Shown here: piece by piece, positions 1-7,910 of the stretch
How the letters are laid out: each line of letters begins with the position of its first letter
How positions within the stretch are numbered: position 1 is the first letter of the stretch
Assembly (NCBI GenBank): GCA_964510005.1
Contig: CAZDZX010000001.1
Span: forward strand, 9,926-57,553
Direction: 5' to 3'
DNA from: an uncultured Pirellulaceae bacterium
GTDB lineage: Bacteria; Planctomycetota; Planctomycetia; Pirellulales; Pirellulaceae
Length of the DNA stretch: 47,628 bases
Translations under genes and position numbers: made by a program
Notes under the pieces: generated by a model
Told to the model about the DNA's origin: nothing
Databases searched by the model: none
Seen by the model: the letters and a program-made list of their open reading frames with translations, nothing else

Positions 1-1052
1 GATTCAACTTCTGGAGATTCTTCGGCGACATCGCCTGCCGCTTGGGGTTCGACGACGGATTCCTCCACGACGGATTCAGTTGCAGCAACTTCTTCCGATG
101 GGGAACTTGAATCGCCTTCATCATCCAATTGTCCGAATTCCAAGACCGTCCATCCATCGGCGCCTTCTTCCATGCTGACGCCGGGAGCCACTTCTTGAGT
201 CGGTTGCTGGCTGGAAGCTGATGGAGCAGGGCTCGACACGGGAGCACCCGGGATTTGCTGAATGTCGTACCACGCTTCCCGAACGAGGGAATCCGTCACG
301 GGTTGGATATTGCGTGTGGCTGCAAAGATCATCGCATGATCGCAGACCTGATTGATATGTCTGGGACAGCCCTCTGTGACTTCGCGAATGGCCCGAAAGG
401 CTTCACTGTCAAACATCTCATCCGGATTACCACCGGCTCGCTGCAGATGAGCTCGCACGTAGGATTCGGTGTCGTCAGAGCCCAGATTGGTCAGATAGCA
501 GCGGCTGGAAATCCGCTGATTGAAGGCCGCGATTCGAGTATCGATGAGTCGCTCTTCGAGTGCTGTGGTGCCCGCCACGACTAGCCGTACGATCGGCTGC
601 CCTTCGCGGACAAAGTTCAGCAACGATTGAAGTTCTTGAATGGTATCGACGTTCAGATCTTGCCCGTCATCAATCATCAACAACAATCCCTTGCTGTTGA
701 GTTTTTTGATATAGTCGACCACACCCAACCGCAACTCGTTTTCGTCCATGCCGCGGTATGGCTCTTGCAGCTCAAACAGGATGTTCTGAAACAGCTGGAC
801 GGGAGCCGAAGATTGCGTGGCGGAAACGGTGACCGCCCGAAACGAATCGCTAAACTTTTCCTCCAGCTTGGCCAGCAACAGAGACTTACCGGTCCCGTGA
901 CCGCCAACGACCACGACCGAGCCACTGCCCCGTTCGACATTGGTCGAAGCCTGCGCCAACGCGGCATTCATGCCAGAGTTCGCGTGATAGTGTTTCACGT
1001 AAGGTGCCGATGTAAACGGCCGTGAATTTAAATTGAAAACCTGTTCGTACAT
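1..1052 (-). CDS. ExeA/GspA-like AAA+ ATPase with acidic low-complexity tail (3' end runs off the window)
   Basis: Absent from the ORF track; translated by hand from ATG at 1052: MYEQVFNLNSRPFTSAPY (ExeA-type N-terminus), Walker A GGHGTGKS, Walker B LLLMIDDGQ; D/E/P/A-rich toward the window edge. Confidence 0.85.
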   Translation of the reverse strand, partial: MYEQVFNLNSRPFTSAPYVKHYHANSGMNAALAQASTNVERGSGSVVVVGGHGTGKSLLLAKLEEKFSDSFRAVTVSATQSSAPVQLFQNILFELQEPYRGMDENELRLGVVDYIKKLNSKGLLLMIDDGQDLNVDTIQELQSLLNFVREGQPIVRLVVAGTTALEERLIDTRIAAFNQRISSRCYLTNLGSDDTESYVRAHLQRAGGNPDEMFDSEAFRAIREVTEGCPRHINQVCDHAMIFAATRNIQPVTDSLVREAWYDIQQIPGAPVSSPAPSASSQQPTQEVAPGVSMEEGADGWTVLEFGQLDDEGDSSSPSEEVAATESVVEESVVEPQAAGDVAEESPEVE

Positions 1053-1113
1053 GACGACTTCCTGTCGCAGGTAGTTGCGTATGAGATAGTAGCGGTTGAC
1101 TTACCGACGAAAA

Positions 1114-2523
1114 TCAATGACCTCGCAGGACCCAAAAGATCCTTGCGAAACCGTAAAAAGGATTCTGGAAAAAGCTGTTGCGAATGTCGGCGTTAACCAA
1201 ACAAAATCCAATCACCAGCATCAGCACGCCAAACAAAATCCATTCGCATCCCGTCACCAGACGGTTTGCTCTTGGGAGTTCGTCACCACTGTCCTCGCCA
1301 GAAACACCGTGGTCTTGGGATTGCTCTTTGCGAAGTGTTGCGACAACGGGAACTTTCAGTTGTTTGGAAACATTCTGCACACTCTCGAACCCCTTCATGG
1401 CGAAGGGCTGGTAAGCAAAAGTGACAATACCGGCAATGCCACCCGCAGCCAACATCAGTAAAAACAGGTGCCGCGATGACGGAATCGCTCCCACGGGTTC
1501 GACGCTTTTTCCGTGCACGCTATCAATCGAAAAAGCAGGGCCCCGTCCAGCCGTTTTAGCGGCCATTGTCGCTTCGGAGGTAATCGACGCCAGTTGATTG
1601 ACCGCGTCACGCAGACTCGTCGTGGTCGAAGCTGATACGCCCGAGCCAGATTTTCCAGATCGGAAGCTCGCGTTTCGAAACGGAGAAGATTGGGAAGTTT
1701 GGGAGTTATTGGCTAACGCCGCGATCTGAGCGCGTTTTTCGCTAATCTGGTCATCCATCGATGCCAAATCAAGCGACCATGGATCGTCTCCTACAAGCCG
1801 GCTTCGTTTGAGCTGAAGCTGCTGCAGCTCGCTTTCCATTTGGTCTCGTTTGGAATCAGTTCCGACCAGTGAACCGGGGTCGAGCAGATCGTCGCCTGTG
1901 TCATTGTTTTGCCAATCGGTTTCCGCGCCGGAAAAGTTGCCTTCGATCTGAGCGATCAGATCGGTTGCTCGATTTTGCAGTTCCTGACGCCGCTGCTCCA
2001 GCGAGTCGAATTCGTCAAAATCTGGACTATCGGCAGGCATCAGGGTCGCGATCGGTGACATCATAAAGTCGCGAGCAAGCGAGGTCGCCAACGCATTGAC
2101 AAAAAAGTTCTTATTCGGAGAAGGATCTCCTTCGAGCCCGATCATCAGCTTTATCGATCGGCCTTCTTCAACATCCTGCAGCAAGCGAACATTCAGGCCA
2201 TCACGAACACTGGCGGCCAATTGAGTGCTGTCCTGTGCTTGGTTGGCTGGAGTCAGGCCATGGCGAACAATCAACTGCTCGATGCCCGCTGGTGAGGTGT
2301 GGCGATCGACAATTTCTCGCAGCACATGCGAGAAATCCTTGTCTGAGTTAGGCCGCTCCGTCAAGGAAAACGCGATCTCGCTCTGGCTTCGCCAAGCTGA
2401 GGTCGACATCGGCCAAAACAAGCTCAATAGGATAAAAAGAGTGCAAGCCACCGTCACAAAAGTCAACAATTTGCGACGAAAGCCAACTCGTGTGAGAAGC
2501 GGGCTGTCCAAGTATTTGCTCAT
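1114..2523 (-). CDS. Membrane protein with polysaccharide chain-length-determinant (Wzz/GumC-like) architecture, no kinase domain
   Basis: N-terminal TM helix, long periplasmic coiled coils, second TM after a Pro-rich motif (EPVGAIPSSRHLFLL), then 'FESVQNVSKQLKVPVVATL' typical of Wzc/GumC, plus an extra C-terminal TM. Start taken at MSKYLD (2523). Confidence 0.6.
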   Translation of the reverse strand: MSKYLDSPLLTRVGFRRKLLTFVTVACTLFILLSLFWPMSTSAWRSQSEIAFSLTERPNSDKDFSHVLREIVDRHTSPAGIEQLIVRHGLTPANQAQDSTQLAASVRDGLNVRLLQDVEEGRSIKLMIGLEGDPSPNKNFFVNALATSLARDFMMSPIATLMPADSPDFDEFDSLEQRRQELQNRATDLIAQIEGNFSGAETDWQNNDTGDDLLDPGSLVGTDSKRDQMESELQQLQLKRSRLVGDDPWSLDLASMDDQISEKRAQIAALANNSQTSQSSPFRNASFRSGKSGSGVSASTTTSLRDAVNQLASITSEATMAAKTAGRGPAFSIDSVHGKSVEPVGAIPSSRHLFLLMLAAGGIAGIVTFAYQPFAMKGFESVQNVSKQLKVPVVATLRKEQSQDHGVSGEDSGDELPRANRLVTGCEWILFGVLMLVIGFCLVNADIRNSFFQNPFYGFARIFWVLRGH

Positions 2524-2588
2524 CCGTTCGCCAAACAATTCCACGTAATCGGGAGCGCACCCCCAGAGGAGGCGCACGACTTAGGGTC

Positions 2589-2616
2589 TTATCGTCGTAA
2601 CCAATCTCGGACTTGA
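2589..2616 (-). promoter_or_regulatory. Possible sigma28-like promoter TCAAG-N15-GACGATAA
   Basis: Resembles the FliA-type consensus; about 65 bp upstream of the 2523 start; similar motif at 29939-29966. Confidence 0.35.
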
Positions 2617-2676
2617 GCAAGCTTTAACGATAATTCGGATTGAGCCCGGCAAGAGACGCAGTGCCAGCAATCGCGA

Positions 2677-3201
2677 TCAGAAGATACGAGAGTTCTCGTC
2701 AGCCACGAATTCGGGCGAATTGTCATCGGTGGGTTTGTCTTTAAACCGTGGCCGGCGAGTCAGATTTTGGGCTGCAACGAGCGTTTCAAAACAGCCCTTT
2801 TGGACTACTTGGGAAGACTGGTTAAGCAACTTTCGCTCCCAGACGACCTTGCCAGAGCGGCGGCCTGCTGGACTCTTCTCCAGGCAAGTCGTTTCGACAA
2901 AGACCGTATCACCAAAAAACAAGGGCTTCAGAAATTCCCAGTCGCGGACAGCCGTAAAGGCAACCGTATTGACGTTGGGGAAGTAGCTGCCGAGTCCGGC
3001 AACCCAAGAAAGACCCAGCAAACCATGGGCGATTGGCTGGCGATAGTGGCTTTTAGCGGCGAAGTCGTAATCCACGTGAAGCGGATTGAAATCACCGGTG
3101 GCCGTCGCAAAACCAATCACATCTGCTTCGGTGATGGTGCGGCGTGGACTCGACCAAATTTGACCGATCACGATGTCTTCAAAAAAGAGAGGCGAATCCA
3201 T
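2677..3201 (-). CDS. MaoC/PaaZ-family hotdog-fold dehydratase
   Basis: FATATGDFNPLHVD and IAHGLLG hydratase-2 motifs. Confidence 0.92.
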   Translation of the reverse strand: MDSPLFFEDIVIGQIWSSPRRTITEADVIGFATATGDFNPLHVDYDFAAKSHYRQPIAHGLLGLSWVAGLGSYFPNVNTVAFTAVRDWEFLKPLFFGDTVFVETTCLEKSPAGRRSGKVVWERKLLNQSSQVVQKGCFETLVAAQNLTRRPRFKDKPTDDNSPEFVADENSRIF

Positions 3202-3279
3202 CCTGTTTTCCCGTGGACCTTCCCTGTAGCCTACCTACGGTTGCTAATCCTGTAGGCCGCGAACAAAGGAAAAAAGTAG

Positions 3280-3354
3280 TCGGGGTGAAAGGATTCGAAC
3301 CTTCGACCCCCTGCTCCCAAAGCAGGTGCGCTAGCCAGACTGCGCTACACCCCG
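3280..3354 (-). tRNA. tRNA-Pro(TGG)
   Basis: Reverse complement CGGGGTGTAGCGCAGTCTGGCTAGCGCACCTGCTTTGGGAGCAGGGGGTCGAAGGTTCGAATCCTTTCACCCCGA folds as a cloverleaf with anticodon TGG; CCA not encoded. Confidence 0.97.
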
Positions 3355-3405
3355 AAACTCTTAACCGGCTGGTAAATCAGACATCCGTTTCACCAGAACT
3401 CGCAG

Positions 3406-3434
3406 ATGATAGTGACGGAACCCCGGTTTCGCAA
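3406..3434 (-). promoter_or_regulatory. Putative sigma70 promoter of tRNA-Pro
   Basis: TTGCGA-N17-TATCAT on the minus strand, about 50 bp upstream of the tRNA. Confidence 0.5.
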
Positions 3435-3472
3435 GACGGGAAATTATCCCGAATTCTGCCGGGTTAGAGCCC

Positions 3473-4480
3473 CTAGGTCGTCAGAAGTTCACGGATTCTT
3501 TCGAATTCCGTCCCATTCGCAAAGGAAATCACAATCTGACCGCGACCACGGGCCCCTTTTCGAATCTTTACGCCCGTACCAAGGACCATTCGCAATTCCT
3601 GCTGCAGGGCCTCAATCTGGTGGTCCCGAACCCGAGCCTTGCGCGATCCGCCCGAACTTTCGTCGCCGGTAATCCGATCCCCCACCAGCTGCTCGGTGGC
3701 CCGGACACTCAGCCCTTCGGCTCGAATTTTGTCACAAAATGAATTCTGCAGGCGGGATTCCCCCAATGGCAACAAAGCTCTCGCATGTCCCGCAGAGATG
3801 GCTCCACTTTGGACAAACTCTTGGATCCGCGAGGGCAGTTCCAACAGCCGCATCAGGTTCCCAATGGTAGAGCGATCAATTTTTAGCCTTTTGGCCAAAT
3901 CGTCCTGGGTACAGCGGTGCTCATCGATGTAGCGTCTGAAAGAAAGTGCTTTTTCAATCGCGTTTAGATCTTTTCTTTGCAGGTTTTCAACAATCGCCAG
4001 CTCAGAAACCAGCCGGTCATCGGCTTTTCGAATACGAGCCGGGATGGTTTGCCACTCTGCTTTTATTGCAGCCCGTAAGCGCCGCTCACCACTGATGAGT
4101 TGATAACGTCCGTCAACAACCCTTACCAGAATCGGTTGCAGGATATCATGCTCTTTCAAACTCTCGGCCAGCGAAACGATCTCTGGTTCACTGAACACCC
4201 GCCGCGGCTGAAACGGATTGTCCTCGATTTCAAACACGCCCAAATGAACGATATCCGAAGTCGTATCTGTGGAACTGATCTTGTTCAGCGATACAGGGCG
4301 ATGTGTTCGCAGTTCCGGTTGGGCGCCGTCTGGAATTCCATCATGGTTCCGATCTATAAACGTAGACGCGGAAGGCGTAGCAGGCGCGGCATCCAGAACC
4401 GCCACGGTTGCGTCGTGATCTGTTTCGGTTGCGTTAAGCAACGCTTCCAATCCCCGTCCAAGTCGTTTCTTTCTAGTCAC
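3473..4480 (-). CDS. parB: ParB/Spo0J chromosome partition CTPase
   Basis: N-terminal KKRLGRGLEALL ParA-activating peptide, NPFQPRR, GERRLRA, ENLQR, HTH and GHARAL; GTG start at 4480 overlaps the parA stop. Confidence 0.97.
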   Translation of the reverse strand: MTRKKRLGRGLEALLNATETDHDATVAVLDAAPATPSASTFIDRNHDGIPDGAQPELRTHRPVSLNKISSTDTTSDIVHLGVFEIEDNPFQPRRVFSEPEIVSLAESLKEHDILQPILVRVVDGRYQLISGERRLRAAIKAEWQTIPARIRKADDRLVSELAIVENLQRKDLNAIEKALSFRRYIDEHRCTQDDLAKRLKIDRSTIGNLMRLLELPSRIQEFVQSGAISAGHARALLPLGESRLQNSFCDKIRAEGLSVRATEQLVGDRITGDESSGGSRKARVRDHQIEALQQELRMVLGTGVKIRKGARGRGQIVISFANGTEFERIRELLTT

Positions 4481-5231
4481 GTTCCAATACCTCCATGCAA
4501 AGTTCAGTGTAGGCCCGGCTGGCCCGGGATCGTGGCGCATAGTCAAGGACGCTCATCCCATGACTTGGTGCTTCCGCGACTTTGACATCGCGCGGGATGA
4601 CGGTGTCAAAAACGACCTCGCCAAAAAACTGTCTCAGGTCTTGGTCCACCTCGTGGGTCAACTCAAGGGTCTCGTCGTACATCGTTAACACGATGCCAGC
4701 GAAGGTCAGTTCGCCAGGACGATCAAGCATGATCTCTTTGATGACCCCAATCATTTGAGTGAGGCCTTCCATCGCGAAGTACTCGCATTGAATGGGAAGT
4801 AGAATTTCGCTGGACGCGGCCAAGGCAGCACGTGTCAGCGCACCCAACGATGGCGGGCAATCGATCAGGACGTAATCGTAGGCCATGCCGCCACTGCGAA
4901 GATGTTCCACGACCACTCGGCTGGCTGATTCATTTGAGTTTGCTAGTGTGTCGGCATCGCGAAAGGAGCCGCTGCCTGGAAGCACGTCCAGCCCCTCGAT
5001 GGGCGACGCTAGCACACTGTGTCGGATCGCGCGGTCGACGATCAGTGGATGCCGCTCGACAGGCTGCAGGCCCAAACCTGAAGTCGCATTGCACTGCGGG
5101 TCCATATCGACCAGCAAGGTACGTAGACCAGAAATCGCCAGCGCAGACGCCAGACTAATGGACGTCGTCGTCTTACCGACCCCACCTTTCTGATTTGCTA
5201 TGCACAACGTCCTGCTCACGATCCCGTCCAT
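4473..5231 (-). CDS. parA: ParA/Soj chromosome partition ATPase
   Basis: Deviant Walker A NQKGGVGKTTT, DMDPQCNATSGLG, IDCPPSLG, PIQCEYFAMEG, EAPSHG; start at 5231 (ATG) or 5219 (GTG). Confidence 0.97.
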   Translation of the reverse strand: MDGIVSRTLCIANQKGGVGKTTTSISLASALAISGLRTLLVDMDPQCNATSGLGLQPVERHPLIVDRAIRHSVLASPIEGLDVLPGSGSFRDADTLANSNESASRVVVEHLRSGGMAYDYVLIDCPPSLGALTRAALAASSEILLPIQCEYFAMEGLTQMIGVIKEIMLDRPGELTFAGIVLTMYDETLELTHEVDQDLRQFFGEVVFDTVIPRDVKVAEAPSHGMSVLDYAPRSRASRAYTELCMEVLERD

Positions 5232-5562
5232 GGGTTGTTGATTGAGTTTGAGCAGAATAACCCACGCGGCCAATTTTACGAACAGCGATCCGGTGCGTGC
5301 ATTTGCAGAATGCGGGGCCGATTTGTTCCGGCGGCGGCGCAAACGGCAATTGATTTGGGTTTTTGCGTGTTTGGAACCGCGTCAAAAAAATGCTCGATCG
5401 GTACCAGCACTGCAATACAAGCACCCCTCTCATCATTGGCGGTGAATTTTGGTAACGGGATTTTAGTAGGAATCACTCCCGAGGCGTCCAGCGCGAATTC
5501 TGGCTGACAACCGGTACTACGAGCAACCGGCGGCTAGTGCCTTGCCGCTCATGGCCACCGAT

Positions 5563-5662
5563 GGTTTCACATGAAACCATCGTTAAGCTTTGCCCACTCC
5601 CGCTGGTTTCACGTGAAACTGCCCGGCTAACTTTCCCACAACTCCCGGTTTCACGTGAAACC
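5563..5662. promoter_or_regulatory. parS: Cluster of three parS centromere sites
   Basis: GGTTTCACATGAAACC (5563-5578), GGTTTCACGTGAAACT (5605-5620) and GGTTTCACGTGAAACC (5647-5662) match the parS core GTTTCACGTGAAAC; directly upstream of parA. Confidence 0.93.
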
Positions 5663-5676
5663 CACGGTCGGACTCA

Positions 5677-7011
5677 TCAGCCATCCAAGGGATTGATCAC
5701 CAACCCGCTGAGCAGCTTGGGGTAGAAGTAAGTGCTCTTGGCTGGCATCCGCAGCCCCTGCTCGGAGATGGCCTGAACGTCCGCCACCGTCGCTGGCATC
5801 ACCAATGACACCAACTCAAAAGGCTCGCCCGTACCGGCCTGGCCTGTGGCATCTCGCCCCGCCGAATCGCCTTGCTCAATGCCCTCGATCACCTCGCCAA
5901 TCTCATGCACGTACTTGGGAGCACTCAGGTCGCCCAAGCCCAACAGGTCTTCCATAATCAGTCGGTGCAGCAACGACACACCCAGACTTCGCCACTGTTC
6001 GCTTTGCTCGGGAGCGAGCTTCTCCATCTGCACCGCACCCTCCGCAGCCAATTTCGCTAGCACCCACGTATCGTCCTGTCGGCAATACAGCCCGATCCAA
6101 TCCTGCCGGCCCTCGATATGGATCTCCTCCCACACGTCCTGGCAGGCCGCGGCACCTTTGAAGGTCTGGCAGGTGAAGCATTCTGAAAGCTTATCAATCA
6201 GATCCGCAGAACTAATCGCCGGGGCTCCACGGAACAGCCGATGCGTAGGCAGAACCGCCAACCCCGGATCATGCATACTCACGAACATCATCATCGTGTA
6301 ATCCGAAGGCAAGGCTTCGCCCGGGGCATCGCCCTTCCGCTCTTCCATAATCCGGCAGGAGGTCTCGTATCGATGATGCCCATCGGCGATGTAAACAGGC
6401 GTGGGACCGAGCACTTTGGCCGCGGCCGCGATCGCGTCAGTGTTGGTGACTTGCCACAGCTGGTGCTGGACTCCATCGGCCTCTACCGTCAGTGGAGTCT
6501 TGTCTTCGATGGCGTTTTCCAGAATCTCTTGAGCTTCATTTTCGGCATCCGGGTAGATCCCAAAAATCGGGCTGAGGTTGGCATTGCAGGCCGTCATTAA
6601 CTGGTAGCGATCTTCTTTGGCTTTGGAGTGAGTTTGCTCGTGGGGGTAGATCGTTCCAGATCCAAAGGGCTCGAGTTTGACTCGAGAAAGAAACCCACGG
6701 CGTTGATAGTGGACGCCTTCAAATTCAAACTTCTGGTGATAGATATAGATCGTGGCAGATCCATCGGGCTTGAGCGCCCCTTCGGTCTTCCAAGCCTTCA
6801 AACTGGCGGCGGCTTGCTGGTAGATCGACTTGCTGGTGTCTGGATCGTCTTGGCACAAAATCAATCGAATGATGTTGTGCGGATTCAGATCGTAGAGCGA
6901 TTGTTGTTGGGCCGCAGAGATCACATCGTAGGGAGGTGCCACCACCTCCGACAACGCGCCGACTTTTCCCAAATCAAAACGAAGGCCGCGAAAAGCTTGA
7001 ATGTCCGCCAT
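5677..7011 (-). CDS. DUF1015 family protein
   Basis: MADIQAFRG, APPYDVI, IYPHEQT, YIADGHHRYE and C-terminal MPAKSTYFYPKLLSGLVI. Confidence 0.92.
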   Translation of the reverse strand: MADIQAFRGLRFDLGKVGALSEVVAPPYDVISAAQQQSLYDLNPHNIIRLILCQDDPDTSKSIYQQAAASLKAWKTEGALKPDGSATIYIYHQKFEFEGVHYQRRGFLSRVKLEPFGSGTIYPHEQTHSKAKEDRYQLMTACNANLSPIFGIYPDAENEAQEILENAIEDKTPLTVEADGVQHQLWQVTNTDAIAAAAKVLGPTPVYIADGHHRYETSCRIMEERKGDAPGEALPSDYTMMMFVSMHDPGLAVLPTHRLFRGAPAISSADLIDKLSECFTCQTFKGAAACQDVWEEIHIEGRQDWIGLYCRQDDTWVLAKLAAEGAVQMEKLAPEQSEQWRSLGVSLLHRLIMEDLLGLGDLSAPKYVHEIGEVIEGIEQGDSAGRDATGQAGTGEPFELVSLVMPATVADVQAISEQGLRMPAKSTYFYPKLLSGLVINPLDG

Positions 7012-7168
7012 AGCTGCTTGACCCGTAACATGTGAAAACAGTCCATGTTATCGGTTATCTGCTAGCAGTCCATCGCTAGGCTCATTCAAAGAATTTACGC
7101 CCAGCAACAAGGTTGGTTCGCTGAAACTTCTATTTTCCTAGAATCGGATCTGAAATACATTTCCATGG

Positions 7169-7909
7169 ATGAGCACCATCGATGGATCGAAATTGAAGCC
7201 ACGGCCTTTTTGGCAACACATCGCCATTGGGACCGGTTTGTTGCTGCTGGGCGTCTGGATGATGCGCTTCGATATCGTTTTGACGGAGCTGTTCGATTCG
7301 AAAAATTGGCCCGGCGACCTGCGACGGATCTTTAAACTGTCGGAAATCTTTGCTCACGGTTTCGGAATCGCGCTGATTCTAGTGTCGATTTGGTTGCTGG
7401 ACCCGAAACGCCGCAAGTTCATTCCGCGGCTGATCGCTTGCGCTGCCTTCCCGCCAATCACCGCCCACATCATCAAATTGCTGGCCGTGCGTAAGCGGCC
7501 CACGGCCTACCTCAATCACTTGCTGGAACCGTCTTATCCCGACAACGGGATCGCGACTTGGATCGGTGCCTACCAAGACGGGCAGTTCAACACGGAATAC
7601 ATGACGCAGGCGTTTCCGTCGGCTCATGCCGCGCTGGTCTGCGGCATCGCGATAGGGTTGAGTTACGTTTACCCCAAAGGCAGGGGCTTGTTCGCGGCGG
7701 TGGCAACGCTGGCCTGCTTGCAACGCGTCCTATTTCTTGCCCACTGGTCCAGCGATGTGGTGGTCGGAATTTCGCTGGCCTTTTTGATCGCTGGAGGCCT
7801 CGTTCAGAACTGGGGCATCGGGTACTTGTGCAGTCGCGTGGAAAATCGCGGCGCTGAATCAATTGATTCTGGCCCCGAATTATGGACGCCGCAGCGTCGA
7901 GCCGCGTGA
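7169..7909 (+). CDS. PAP2-family membrane phosphatase
   Basis: KLLAVRKRP, FPSAHA and RVLFLAHWSSDV (C1-C3 motifs); several TM helices. Confidence 0.9.
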   Translation: MSTIDGSKLKPRPFWQHIAIGTGLLLLGVWMMRFDIVLTELFDSKNWPGDLRRIFKLSEIFAHGFGIALILVSIWLLDPKRRKFIPRLIACAAFPPITAHIIKLLAVRKRPTAYLNHLLEPSYPDNGIATWIGAYQDGQFNTEYMTQAFPSAHAALVCGIAIGLSYVYPKGRGLFAAVATLACLQRVLFLAHWSSDVVVGISLAFLIAGGLVQNWGIGYLCSRVENRGAESIDSGPELWTPQRRAA

Positions 7910-7910
7910 G

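Noticed and set aside
255-1025. Plus-strand ORFs 255-584 and 627-1025
   Set aside because: Antisense to the ExeA-like ATPase, which has clear Walker motifs
3280-3354. tRNA-Pro or tRNA-Gln as an integration site of an island
   Set aside because: No integrase, no duplicated tRNA 3' end noticed, and flanking genes are housekeeping
5232-5560. oriC in the parA upstream region
   Set aside because: No DnaA-box cluster (TTATCCACA) or AT-rich unwinding element seen
5563-5662. Regularly spaced palindromes read as CRISPR repeats
   Set aside because: 16-bp units match parS and lie beside parAB; too short for CRISPR repeats
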